From: Stegostoma tigrinum
Taxonomy: Eukaryota
Length of the DNA: 64,000 nucleotides
Assembly: GCF_030684315.1 (NCBI RefSeq)
Contig: NC_081365.1
Location: 72,781,603 to 72,845,602 of the forward strand
Direction: 5' to 3'
Part shown: positions 37,971-51,042 of the stretch, piece by piece
How the letters are laid out: each line of letters starts with the position of its first letter
How positions within the stretch are numbered: the stretch's first letter is position 1
Notes under the pieces: generated by a model
What the model was told of the DNA's origin: nothing
The model's input: the letters and a program-made list of their open reading frames with translations, nothing else
The model's database searches: none
Position numbers and translations under genes: made by a program

Positions 37971-39429
37971 CTGGGGGAAAAAATCATGGGAAATGTTTAC
38001 TTTTCATAGGGTTAAAACTAAATTTGAGGAGAGTTTGATTTTTTTTAAACCAGAGAAAGATGACATAGGCCAGGAAAAGAATAAAGTCAACTTTCAACTT
38101 AATTCAAAAGAACCTGCAGACCATCTCAGATTATTACAGCAGCATTAGAAATAAATAACTTTGGTAAGGGTACACAGTTCTTACTTTAGAAGTTAGTGTT
38201 GTCAAAAGTGTACTGATTAAAAAGGAGGAGATGCCTGCAGAGTCGAAATAGAAACAACCTGCATTTGGAATTCACATAGGAGCTGACACAAGATCAAGCT
38301 AAAATGCAAGTAAATCAGATTTCCAACTGCTCACCTCAAGTCCCAACTGATATGGGCCACATCATTGGAAACCGTAACATCAAATGAAGCAATATTGTAC
38401 AAATCAGGTTTTTACCATTATAAAGTAAAAATAGTACTTAAAACCTATCGAACTTGAAACCTTAAGTTATCATGCTTTACAATGCTAAATTCCTATACTG
38501 GTAAATGAAATGTGTTTTGATATTTATTTCAGAAGGAAGGAAAGAAATATCATGAACTTGCTTTCCTTCCCCCCCAAGTTCCACTCTGGCAGAGGGCTAC
38601 AAGTTAAGGAAACAGAATGAGTAACATTGAGTTGCTCAAGAGGCTGGTCACACCTAGAAGAGTCAGGGCATGGAGGTCACTGCAAAATGGCAATCATTTG
38701 AGTCATGTGACTCCACATCAAATCCAAGGTAAAAGTGTTTAAATTTAGAACTCCCCAGTTGCTAATGATGAAAACAGGGCCTATTAAATGATTGTTTAAA
38801 GAGAACAACTTAAACACAGCTTACCACTTATGTTTGGCAATTTTTAAAGACAGTTATCCTTTTAACTAAAAAAAGTGGTCCCAAGGCACAGATGCATTGC
38901 ACACCATTTTTAGCGCTCACCACTCAATACTTTAACTACTGCAACCTACTTTTTGTGATGAACCAAAAACTGGAAGAGACACAGGCTGGATCATTTGTTT
39001 CAAACACAAGAAGTCTTTTGTGCTACACATTTCTATGATTTACCATCTTCCAACCTGCAATTTAGGCAAAATTAGGCTAGCACTATGGATTGATTCATTT
39101 AAATATTAACATGGAAAGTGTAGATCATTAAGTTATTTAGAAAACAATTGGACAGATAAAGGCTTTGGTTCATATCTGTGGTCACCATGTCCTTAAAGAC
39201 CTTGTCACAGTACTAGCTTGACCACCTCAAGACTTTTACATCTGCTCCCACAATACACAGTTAATCAAGGATTAAGGGGAACAGGCTGGAAAATGAAGTT
39301 CAGAATTATCAGAACAGTTATGATTTCACTGAATGGCAGAGCAGAATCAATGGACTATGGCGGCCTACTTCTGATCCTCTACCTGCCAGAAAGAATTATT
39401 CCTCCGGACTGCACCAGCTCTATGCTAGT

Positions 39430-41960
39430 TAGAATCATAGAATACAGAACAGGCTCTGTGGCCCATCAAGTCTGAACCACAAAATACATTACTACCTGTA
39501 CTAGTCCCACTGCCTTGAATGTTATCACATTTTAAGCACTCACCCTAGTACCTTTGAAAGGTTGCGAAGTTACAGCCTCAACTACCCTCCCACGCAATTC
39601 ATTCCAGACCCCACCAACCTCTGGGTGAAAAATAAGTCTTCCTCAAATATCTTCAATGTCTGCCTTTCACAAAAAAAATTTCCTTGTTCTTGACCCTTCA
39701 ACTAAACGTAACAGTTGCTTTCTATTCACCTTTTCCATGCCCCTCAAACAGATCCCTCCTCAACCTTCAATGCTCTGAAGAAAACAAAGTAAGCTTATCC
39801 AGTCTCTCTCAATAGCTGAAGTGTTCCATCTGAGACAACATCCTAGTAAATCTCTGCACCCGCTCCAGTGCAATCACATCCTTCCTTTGGCATGGTGACC
39901 AGATCGGCACACACTACACTGCTCCAACTGTAGCCTAACCAAAGTTCTGTACAGCTCCAACTTCATGTTTCTTCTCTTATAATCTATGCCTAACTGAGAC
40001 AGGCTTGTGTCCTTAATTACCTAATCAACCTGTCCAATTACTTTCAGGGATCAGTGGACAAGCACCATAAGATCCCTCCGAACTTGGTGTCCGACTGTTC
40101 ACTGAGGTCTTCCTTGTCTTTTTGCTTCTTTCAAGTGCATCATCTTACATTTATCAGGGTTAAAGGCCATCTGCCAGTCATCTGCCCAAATTCTGGTATA
40201 TACTCTAGTAACCAAAAGCCCTCACCCTCATTGTCAACCACCCCACCGGTGTCACCTGCAAACATAACATTCTCCCCACATTCTCATCTACATCATTTAT
40301 GAATATCAGACAGTTCAGGACCTACACATTCTGCAGAATGCCACTGCACACCAGACTCCAGTCACACAAACAGCCTTTTATCACCATCCACTGGATCCAA
40401 AATTGTCTCCTGCCTCTAAGCTAATCAGCCATCTAATACAGGATCCCATGAGGTTTTAAACCTTCTTTATCAGTATCCCATATGGGACTTTCACAAAGGC
40501 CTCACTAAAATCCATATCATGCTTTCATCTACACCCTCAAAAAAATTCAAACTCATGAAAAGTGTGACCACCCTTGACAAAGCCATGCTGACTACTTTGA
40601 TCAAATCATGCCTCACGAAATGGAGATTCAGAATATTTTCTAATGGTTTCCCTACCACTGATGTGGGAAACAATGGACCATCACCCTTCTTGTAAAGTGG
40701 AACCATATTAGCGGTCCTTCAGTACTTCTCCTTTGGCCAAAGAGGTCTTTTAAAAAAAAAAACAACTTTGGAACATGGCCCTCTTATTTCCGCTGTCATC
40801 TCTCAGAGCAGCCTGGGATGTAACTCATCAAGACCAGGGGATTCTATCTAATTTGAAACCCACCAAAACTTCCAACATCCTGGCTTCTTATATCAACCAG
40901 TACAAGGACACAGTCCACCTTTCCAAATCTGTACTTAGATCCTTCACCTTCCAAGTAAAGATATATGCAAAGCACTCATTTATTAATCTACCAATGTCCT
41001 TTGGCTTCATGCAGATTTCCTCTTTGGTCCTTACTGAGCCCCACTCTTTCCCTGATATATCCTACAAATATCTTGGGAATCTTCCTAATCTTGCTTGACA
41101 TTTTGTTTTTCTCTCCACACCAGCACCCCCCCAAACTCTGTTCTTCCAAATACTTTCAGGTGATATGCTAAATGAACTCTGTACATTCCGCTAGGTCCTA
41201 CATTGTTTTACCCCTTTAGTATCTGTTGTTATATTTGTCTCTTCTTCAGGACTGACTGTTCCTAAACAGACTATTCTCTGGGCTTGTTGCTCCTACACTT
41301 CACTCTAAAGGGAATATGTTGGGCCTGTACTTTTCCCAGAACCTTACACTCTCCCACTGTTCTGCTCTAGATTTATCCTTAAGTAGCTGTTCCCAGTCTA
41401 ATGTGGCCAGGTTTTAATAAAATCTGCCTTACCCCAATACAAAAAACGTTTTTCTACAGAACATTTCTCCCTTTCCACAACAAACTTCAAACATAGAGTG
41501 TTGTGGTCACTACCACTAAAATGCTCCCCCATCACGACCTCAAACACCTGTCCAGCTTCATTCCCTAGAATTAGGTCCAGCTGTGCAATGTCCCATGTGG
41601 GACCATCTATATGCTGATATGAAAAGCTCTCCTTTACATTTCAAGAAATCTGCCCCATTAAACCCTTCAGTTAGCTGAAATCCCTAATATAGTTACCCTT
41701 TTATTTTTACACAGCTTAGTGAGATGATTGATGAAGGCATAAGCCCAGAGGGGCTTTCAGTTTTATTCCTAAGATCTATCCATAAAGCCTCATTTAACAT
41801 CTCTTCCAAGTTATAATCCCTCCTTACTGTAATAACTGACTCCTTAACCAGATGTGAGACCATCTCCATTTCAGCACACTCACTGTCCCACATTCTTACA
41901 CCCCCAGGATGTTAAATTGCTGTCTTGTCGACCTGTCAACCACATCTCTAATGACAACAT
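39430..41960 (-). mobile_element. Long old CR1 LINE fragment (endonuclease to 3' tail), decayed
   Basis: Remnants VPLYKKG..TSVVGK.LE.I and EALWIDLRNK; CR1 tail near 39430-39480. Confidence 0.8.
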
Positions 41961-41989
41961 TGCAATTCATGCGGTCATGTTGGAGAGGT

Positions 41990-42325
41990 GATCATCTCGT
42001 GATATTAATCACTAGACTTAATCCAATGACCCATGTAATGGTCTGAGCGCTCTGGTTTGAATCCAGTCATGGCAGATGGTGGTATTTGGATTCGATAAAA
42101 ATCTGGAATTAGGAGTCCAAATGATTACTATGAATCTGTTGATGATTGTCAGAAAATGCCATCTCATTCACCAATGTCCTTTGAGGGAAGAAAGTGCCAT
42201 ACTTACCTGGTCTGACCTACGTCTGACTCCAGACCCACAGCAATGTGGATGACTTTTTGATGTCCTCTGGGCAAAAACTTGCTGGACTGGCCAGCAACAC
42301 CCTCATCCTATGAATGAATAAAAAC
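41990..42325 (+). mobile_element. tRNA-headed SINE-like repeat, second family
   Basis: B-box-like ggtttgaatcc; gactccagacccacagcaatgtgg; ends tgaatgaataaaaa. Confidence 0.7.
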
Positions 42326-42809
42326 CCCACACCCTTAACTTATCTGCATTATCTCTGATACTCCTAGCATTAGAGGCCATTCTGCATCGCATTACTCCCT
42401 TGAGACACAACAGCATCCAATTAACACTTACACCTCCTCCACACCCTTGATAATCATTTGCATTCAAATACTGTCTGTAACTAATTCTCTTTTGAATGTC
42501 ATTATTGGTGAATATAAACTTGCCGCAATCTTCTTTAAAGAAGATCCTCAGCCTCTCCAGTCTCAGAGTTGAACTGTCACAATCATTGTAACCTTCTTAT
42601 AAATCCTTTAGGCACCTTATCCCAAGATTGATATTGTTCCTGAAATATGTGCCTAGAGTTGGGTGATAGCCGGTTACACCACAGAAAGATGGAGAAAGGT
42701 ACATTAAAGTTAAAAAACTTTTACCTGATTTTCACACAAATTCGATGTCTCGTGGAAAATAAATTGTTTTATTTTACTGTCATAAAAAAGGCTAAAAACT
42801 GCTGAGGCT

Positions 42810-42980
42810 AAAGATGTAAAACAAAAATCTGAAACTGCTGGAGAAACTAAGGTCTGGCAGCACGTGGGCGGAGAGCAGAATTAACTACAGGTCAGCTTTC
42901 TGAAGAAGGGTTTCTGAACTTGTGATGTTAAGTGTGCTTCATCTCCACAGATGCTGCCAGACCTGCTGTGCATCTCTGAA
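42810..42980. mobile_element. Fold-back mini-element
   Basis: aggtctggcagca ... tgctgccagacct inverted halves around ttctgaagaaggg. Confidence 0.65.
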
Positions 42981-44060
42981 ACAAAAAGAAATTTCTAGTC
43001 TTCCAAAAATGTGTGTATACATTTAGTGTTCTTAGCACCTCTTTAATTTTGTATCATTAAGTTGTTCCTGTATCAACCAAAGTAATCTTTGCATTGTTAG
43101 TTCAGTTTTATTCCTGCGATGGTGGCATTATAGCATATGCCATGTCCATCCCTAACTGCCCTTGTACAGAGCAGTTGTCAGGCTTGATCGTAAATCAGTT
43201 AAGAATCTGTAGTTATGGTGTGGCCTAGTAGGTTGCCTCCGAGTTTTTACACAGCAGAGATACAGCCAAGAGACTAAGACAGAGACACCGAGTGGCTGGG
43301 TGGGGGTGGTTTGATATGGCAGTGACATGACATATTCCACTTCAAATGGACTTTGGTAGAAATCAGGATGTAAATCGATCCAAGCGTACTAAACCCAGCT
43401 TCTCCTGTTTCATATACATGACCAGACTCCGGTGATTTATTTCCAACAGCTATCTTATAAAAAGATGAAAAAGACTTGAGGTTGTAAGTCTTTTGCCCAG
43501 AATTGAAGACCACACTCCAGATGTTAACAAACTAGCATTTTATTGGCGTACAGCATAGTGTACTGTTTGTTTTGAACGCCATGCCTCTACTTACGAAGTT
43601 TAGGAGCCCACATTTTTTAAAACTCGGAACTATTGTGCCACCTTCAACAAAAGTGCATGACGTTGCACTTTTCTGCATTGAATTTGATTTGACATCTGTC
43701 CACTCCACTTGATAATTTCATCAAGAAGTTTGCGATGATACGGTTTTAACTTCAACCTTTCATCGCCACCAGAAATGCGTATATAAGAATTTACATTTTA
43801 AGTTACAATACAAAGATGGAATTTAGTATACAATACTGCATAGCAGGAAAATCTTTTAAATAATGCAGTGTAGTGCATGTTTTGGCTGTTTATTCATACA
43901 GAAAATATTCAACTTTACTGGATAAGATAACAAAATGTATTTAAATATGACTAATACCTGGACCTGGTCATCACTGCATCTTTGAAAACCTTTATTTCAG
44001 CTCACATTTAAAATACATGATACCAGTTAAACAAGCAAGTTCTATTTGGCATGCCCCTAC

Positions 44061-44195
44061 CTGCAAGATAAAATATCTGTAGAGATATGCACCACCAACC
44101 ACTACACCAGACAGCAAGAGAGCTAGTCCAAGGCACATGCACCAGCACCAGACACGAGACTGGCGTCGAAATGGAACAACATCTTCCTCTGGATC
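44061..44195 (-). CDS. ITM2B: ITM2B exon 2 (135 nt; transmembrane segment)
   Basis: DPEEDVVPFRRQSRVWCWCMCLGLALLLSGVVVGGAYLYRYFILQ; acceptor tgcag, donor gtaggg. Confidence 0.96.
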
Positions 44196-45494
44196 CTGCA
44201 TTTTAAAAACAGGCTGGTTCAGTATGGCAAAGTGTTCATGACATTGTAAATCTGCAGAACTCTACACTTTAGAGAACTTTGTATCGGACTCAAAATATCA
44301 GTTGCATCTGACTGAATGAATATGACTAGCTTTTACCAATAATGTGTTGATTGTGATTAATTTACAGTTAACTATTAACATCACAAACCAGAGATCTGCG
44401 CACTTAAGTTACATTAAATATTCAACGACAACACTGCACTGAGTTCAAAAAGGTGTCCGATTCAATGTTACTGATTTATTCACTACTCCCAAGTACAAAA
44501 CCAGAGTTCAAATTGTCTGGAGACTAAACACCAAACAAAATCAAGTTTGATTTTCAAAATCAGGATGCAATTCAATTCGTTATATTTGTAATTAACTGGG
44601 ACGGTTACCCCAACAGATCAATTTCTCTACAGAATATCTAAATTAAGGAACAAGCAAAGTCAAAATGAGAACACAGGAAAATCATCAAATAAATTAGCTG
44701 ACAGTCTGGGATTAAAAGATTCTGTTGCTTTAAATAAACTGGAGTGATGAAATGAATTCATATTGGAACAAGGGAGCTAAAGTGAGTGAGCACCCAGAAC
44801 AGGGATGTATGGCTGGAATTGGTTAAGAGGCCAACGGGGGTGTGGCTGTGCAAAAATTTAAGGAGGCAGGAATTAACTTTAGTAGTACAGAACTATTGAC
44901 GATCATGGAATAAGTAAGGAGCAGGCTAAGTAGGCTGGAAAACAGGTTTGAGGAATGGAAAACCAATATAGAACCTGTAAGTTGGAAAAAGATTCAGCAG
45001 GATTTTGGTTCCAGTCAGGCAAATTTGCCTGGAATGAGCTTGCCAATTTTGCAAAGACAGAAATAAGCATCATTTAATTTTACAGGCCGGTTTCCTTGGT
45101 TTAAACTTCGACTGGAAAGCCAATGTACTAATTTTAAAAAAAATCAACTTGCATCATTCAGTTGTAATGATAACATGTATATGATGCCTTGAAACATCCA
45201 AGATGCATAATGAAACTGAATGAACCATGTCACATAACGGAAATATAAACAGATGGATTAAAAATTTGGTCAAAGTAGTTTTTGAAGCACTATAGGAAAG
45301 ATATTGTTAAATGTGAAAGGGTTCAGAGAAGATTTACAAGGATGTTGATAGGACGACAAAGATTGAGCTACAGGGAGAGGCTGAAAGGGCTGGGGTTTTT
45401 CCCCCCTGGAAGGTCAGAGGCTGAGGGGTGACCTTATAAGGGTTTTTGAAATCATGAGGGCACAGAGGGTGAAAATCTCTCTTTTCAAAAGAAA

Positions 45495-45768
45495 AATCAA
45501 AGAATCTCAACAGTGTGGAAGCAGGTCATCAGCCCATCAAACTCACACCAACCCTTTGAAGAGTGTATCATTCAGAATCAACCCCCTACCCTATCCTTAT
45601 AGCCATGCATTTTCCATGGCTAATCCACCCAACCTACACATCGTTGGACTGTGGGAGGAAACCTACACAGACATGGAGAATGTGCAAACTCCACACAGTC
45701 AGGGGGTGGAATCAAATCCATGTCCCTGGCACCATGAGGCAGCAGTGCTAACCAGTGAGCCACTGTGA
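45495..45768 (-). mobile_element. HE1-like tRNA SINE, adjacent to a short plus-strand CR1 piece (about 45305-45470)
   Basis: Reverse complement of the 29772/52481 family. Confidence 0.82.
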
Positions 45769-46269
45769 CACCTGTAGCCAAGGTCATTTTGCTTTGGTAG
45801 GACAGTACAAAAGAGGGCATGGGTTTAACAATTCTACAACTATCTTAAAAGATGAAAAGCAAGATAGAAACATGAAGATACGTAGGGACGATATTCGAAA
45901 GCTTGGGGCCTCAGCAATTAAGGGTACTGCCATCAACTGCAAATGGGAAATGCTCAAGAGGTTAAGAATAAAGAGTGAAGATCTTTCAGATCTCAGGGCT
46001 GGAATTAAGTAGACACAGGACAGGGCAAGGTCTCAGCATAGTTTGAAAGCAAGAAAAGGGAGAATTTTAGAAGATGCATTAATTGTGAGTCAACTGAGTT
46101 AGTGCAGTTTGATGGCAAGGACATTTGGTGGGTATTATGATAAGCAGTGCATCTCAAGTTCACACAGGTAAAACTGAGGAGGGTGAATAGAAATTTACAA
46201 ACGCTAGAACAGTCAGATCTGGAAGTCTCAGAAATAACTGAAGGTGAACTAGAGATAGGCAACATTAGA

Positions 46270-46345
46270 GATAGAGATAACAAGGTGTGGAGCTGCATGA
46301 ACACAGCAGGTGAAGCAGCATCTTAGGATCAGGGAAGTGACATTG
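46270..46345 (-). mobile_element. Penelope-derived mini-element with 12-bp TSD, inside a decayed L2-like repeat (about 45790-46700)
   Basis: ggcaacattaga at 46258-46269 and 46346-46357. Confidence 0.75.
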
Positions 46346-48899
46346 GGCAACATTAGATCATGTGACTGAAAGCTAACCCCAGAGTCAAATATGACAAAGG
46401 TTGTTTATACTCTGGCTGAGGGTTAGTGCTGAAAGAGAGAAAGTGATGGATTTTGCAGCCAGGGAGCAGAGTTTGAGGTGGAGATAAGATTATGGCTTCA
46501 GATTTTCAAATTCTTAGGAATTTTCTGTTCATCCAATGCTGGATGTCAAATACCATACAGCAGTCTGAATTCAGGGAGAACAGGCAGAAGGGTCAAGAGA
46601 GGTAATAGTTCCAAACGTTGTCAATGGATAGTTTATGAAATCCACCTTAAACATTCTGCTCAATTGAAAATGTTCTCAATTTTCAAGTTTTTTCAATTCC
46701 TCACATCAAAAAGCATTCTAGGCAGTCTGGGCTGTATACTCCAATATCCTTCCAGAACATGGAAACTAAAATTGTACAATACGTGCAACTGTTATCTCAG
46801 GTTCAGAATCAGAAATCTCTGCAGCACAGCCTGGCTACACATCAGTCTTGAGGTTGTTTATGTAAACCAAAAGTTTACAGCTGGAATTCACATATGCACA
46901 CAGGAGTTGCTGATTAAGTTGTGTTTCATGCCCAATTAATAGCATTCAGCAGAAGCACTACCCTAATATCATTCATTAGCATGACAGGAGTTGGAAATGA
47001 AGCCTAACAATTATAACACGACAAACTGCCATGGCATTACCAATGAGCCTGAGATCACATCAGTGTCAGAGATGTTTTTGGCTAATTGTCGATAGCATGC
47101 TTCAAGTTATTGGACAAACAAAACACAGCATAATGTACATCAGCTAAAGGGACTAGATGTGTCACCAACATGGTGCAGGTCAGTGAGTGCGAGTATTTTA
47201 GAGTACCACCAACCACCTATCCTTGTTGATGCCATTGTCTCTGGTCCTTCAACTTTAAACTTATTATGCCTATTTTAAACTTTAACCACCTCTACCAAAT
47301 TCTCCACATTACAGTAATGTGCTGTCGCCCCACAAAGCTCCAAGATATTTAAAAAGTGAATTTATGAGAATCCCCAAATTTAATTTCTTCCATTTTGTGG
47401 CTATACCAAGGTCCTAAGCATTCTGTCTTCCAAACTCTCCTTACCTCCACTGTCCTTTAATATTTTTCTTAAAGCCTTCTGTACCAAGCTTTCAGAACTC
47501 ATCATCAACTGGTGTTCCATAGTAGTCTAATGTAGGGTCTCAAGTTGTATGCTAAGGGAACCACTCCAATCTATACAGCAAACCTCTTCGACCACATCAG
47601 CTAGAAGGACACCTAGATCTCACATTCTTGGTTCCTGCCACAAAGCTTCCACCTTTCCTCAAATCAAAAGAAAACCATTTTATAAAATTTGTTTTATTCA
47701 AAATAAAAAATCATTTGACAAACCTTTAATCACTACTGTGTTCCAAATACAGACAAGACCATTTTAGTTTTGAAAACTACATTTTTAAGACGTGGTTTAA
47801 ATTTTGAAAAGGCAGTCTATTAAAACCAAGTTATTAGATAGGCGTGAATTCCTGGATTTGGTCAGCAGGGAGAAGAGGGTGAAGAAAGAGTTCTACTGTG
47901 TTGCTGGATTGGTGGCAAGGCATTCATGCCTTGGATTACAATGGCTTCTCTAAATATCTTGAGAAGACAGGCCATAAGCACTTTGCAAGAATATTTCATA
48001 TTAAATTGAAAGCCAGTAAAAACAAAAACAGTCAGGGCGTAGGAGGAGCAGTTTAAATTATTCTTGCAATTAAAATGTTTGTAGACATCAAGACAATAAG
48101 ACATCAAGTATTCACTTCTTCCTCAAATAACAGTTTACAGGTGTTTGGGAACAGGCCATGTGCACTACCATTGCCCAGGTTATGGAAATGGGTCCATAGA
48201 GTTTAGCAAGGTTCTTTTGTCCTAACATTGCCTCTATAGGCAAAGTGTCTTTATGTGCCTCCTGCATTTTGAAAAATTAAAATTGCCAGATCTACCAAGT
48301 TGGTAATGAAACTGGCAGAGTCCTTGCAGAAACAGGAGATTAGGAAATCTGAATGCCAAGCTAGCAAACTAAGCAGAATCTTTTGCGAGCAAGAGTCCAA
48401 AGTAGCTTGGTTCCAAATTAGAACAGAACTTCGGGTCCCGTCATGTAGCTACGAAAGTTGAAAGTGCAACCAGAACAGGCGGAAAAGTCGAGTGGGGAAT
48501 TTTGGTTCGAAGTGCAAGTACTTACTAGTTAGTTAACAGAACTTTCGCTTTTTTTTGTCAAGTTCGAATTTTCTGCCACCTAAAAGATCTAATGCATGGT
48601 CTTCTCTATGCTAAACCATTTCAAAAGTTGACTTTTTTAAAAAAAAAATCCAGTTCATCAGAAATTGTAACAATTGATAATCTCTCCCGTTGTTTTCCCC
48701 GAACCCGACGTACTTCAACAATGTGACAGAAGATTTGTGCAGACACCCTGATATTGAATCTGAAAGTTGTAAGAGCGTGCACCAATAGGATTTTTTTAAA
48801 AAGTGACTTTTTTTCCCTGTACCACCCCACCTAGTGAGGGAACATTCACCAGTCCCTGATCGGATTTCCCCAAATCCAAAAGCAGAAGTGGGGTTGGCC

Positions 48900-49740
48900 C
48901 ATATGCAGGGTATTGGGCGATCGCCAAGCGTGCGTGGACTTTTCCCAACGACGCCGATGCCTCCTCCGCGGGGGGGGGGGGGGGAGGGAAAGAGACAGAC
49001 AGTCAGGACGAAGAGGATGGGCCCCAGCCACACCGTCAGCCATTTTACAGCGAACGGTCGAAGTCGACTCCTTCCCACATCCGAGGACAGGGACTATGAC
49101 CCGGGCTCAATATCCAGGGACAGCTGATGCACGGAAGGGCAAAGAGATCAGGCCACCAAAGGCCGCATTCCGGGTCACAAACTGGAAATCGAAAGCCCAG
49201 TCCCTGGTTCCAAAAACACTGTCCAGACTTTGTCCAAGGTCCGGCAATAAACTGAAAAACCACGGACAGTTCATCCCCCTCCTTTCCCCAAACAGCCCCC
49301 GCCCCCGGTAAACGTACCTTCTCGTGGATGACGAGCGCCTCGTTGTTCTCCTCTTTTTTAGGCTCCTTCTGGCTCAGCGAAGAGTTAAAGGACACTTTCA
49401 CCATGGTGGCAGTACGAGATGGCAGCGCAAACCCAACAAAAACACAACTCTCGGCTCGGCGCACTCCGGACTAAAACCCACCCCGCTTCACTTCCAGCTG
49501 GACCTCGGAATCATCCGCATGACGCAGCTCACAAACATAAATATCCGACCGCGTTCAGCAAGAAGATCCCAGGGAACGCTGCCCCGCCCCCATGTGTCGT
49601 GTGTGTGTGGGGGAGGAGGGACCTATGAGCCCCGCCCCAGGGAGGAGGGACCACCCAGTGGGCGGCACGCCCCGTCCCGCCCTTAGGGTAAAGGACTCCT
49701 GCCCCGTATGCCCAGTGGGCGTTCGAAGGGAACGTTGCCC
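48900..49740. promoter_or_regulatory. ITM2B: ITM2B CpG island and promoter
   Basis: CpG-rich; GC boxes ccccgcccc near 49581 and 49629; CRE-like tgacgca near 49520; minus-strand TATTTAT 49543-49537. Confidence 0.8.
49318..49404 (-). CDS. ITM2B: ITM2B coding exon 1 (87 nt)
   Basis: MVKVSFNSSLSQKEPKKEENNEALVIHEK vs human MVKVTFNSALAQKEAKKDE; Kozak gccaccATGg; donor gtacgt. Confidence 0.96.
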
Positions 49741-49764
49741 TCAGGTAGGTGAAGGTAAAGGTAA

Positions 49765-50022
49765 TCAGTGATAATGGGATCTGCAGATGCTGGAGAATCC
49801 GAGATAACAAAGTGTGGAGCTGGATGAACACAGCAGGCCAAGCAGCATCCCCGGAGCACAAAAGCTGACGTTTCGGGCCTAGACCCTTCATCAGAAAAGG
49901 GGGATGGGGAGAGGATTCTGAAATAAATAGGGAGCGAGGGGGAGGCGGACCGAAGATGGATAGAGGAGAAGATGGGGAGGCGATAGGTCAGTCCCGGGAG
50001 GACGGACAGGTCAAGGAAGCGG
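49765..50022 (-). mobile_element. Young Penelope 3' fragment with the best-preserved hammerhead-like core (49867-49894)
   Basis: Minus strand CTGATGA-A-GGGTCTAGGCCC-GAAAC-GTC; CpGs retained. Confidence 0.85.
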
Positions 50023-50371
50023 AATGAGTCGTTTATCTGCAAGTCGCTCGAATTGGGTTTTCGTGGTGCAGTGGTAACTTTAGACTAGGAGACCTAGGTA
50101 TTTCCAGTCTGGCAGTTAGATGCACCATTCTTCTGCCATTCTGATATTCCTATCACTTAATCTAAACTATCAACAGCCTTTCTCCCCCAGCACTCGAACC
50201 CCTCCCCAACTGTTGCAGAAGTGCTGCTCCCCCCCCACACCTGACTTCAGTTCTGATAAGCTCATCTAGACTCTTAAACGTTAGCTTGCTTTCTCTCCAT
50301 GGACGCTACCTGACTTGTTGTAGTCTCCAGCATTCCCACAAGCCCCAAAGATATCCAATAACATCTCTGAA

Positions 50372-50541
50372 CAGAGATAGTAGGAACTGCAGATGCTGGA
50401 GAATCTGAGATAACAAGGTGTAGAGCTGGATGAACACAGCAGGCCAAGCAGCATTGGAGGAGCAGGAAGGCTGGTGTTTCTGGCTTAGACCATTCTTCAT
50501 AAATCTCGAGACTCAAAACGCAGCCGTCCTGCTCCTCTGAT
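50372..50541 (-). mobile_element. Penelope-derived mini-element with short fold-back end and 11-bp TSD
   Basis: acatctctgaa at 50361-50371 and 50542-50552. Confidence 0.8.
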
Positions 50542-50689
50542 ACATCTCTGAATGTGTTGATTAGAGAATAAAATAAGACACTAGAAATACAGCAGGCTAT
50601 TGAATGAAATGTAGAAAGCTAAGGAGCAATTCGAAAATAAGGAAGGGAGCTATGATGTGGACATCAGAGTTTTTGGGTAAGCACAATGT

Positions 50690-50998
50690 TATTAGATTAG
50701 ATTCCCTGCAGTGTGGAAACAGGGCCTTCGACCCAACAAGTCCACACCACCCCTTGGAGCATTTCACCCAGACCCATCCTCATCCCCCTATAACCCACAC
50801 ACCCCTGAATACTATGGGCAATTTAGCATGGCCGATCCACCTAGCCTGCACATTTTAGACTGTGAGAGGAAACCAGAGCACCCGGAGGAAACCCACGGAG
50901 AGAATATGCAAACTCTGCACAGACAGTTACCTGAGCCTGGAATCGAACCCAGGTCACTGGTGCTGTGAGGCTGTAGTGCTAACCATTGAGCCACCGTA
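50690..50998 (-). mobile_element. HE1-like tRNA SINE
   Basis: Minus-strand A-box tggctcaatgg and B-box ggttcgattcc; tail ending tctaatctaa. Confidence 0.9.
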
Positions 50999-51042
50999 CG
51001 TAGAGAGGAAGCTGGGAGATCAGTCAGAGAATGCAACGATCA

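Noticed and set aside
48611-50042. Cluster of overlapping 100-150 aa ORFs at the ITM2B 5' end
   Set aside because: GC-rich island and repeat sequence; only the 87-nt exon 1 has homology support
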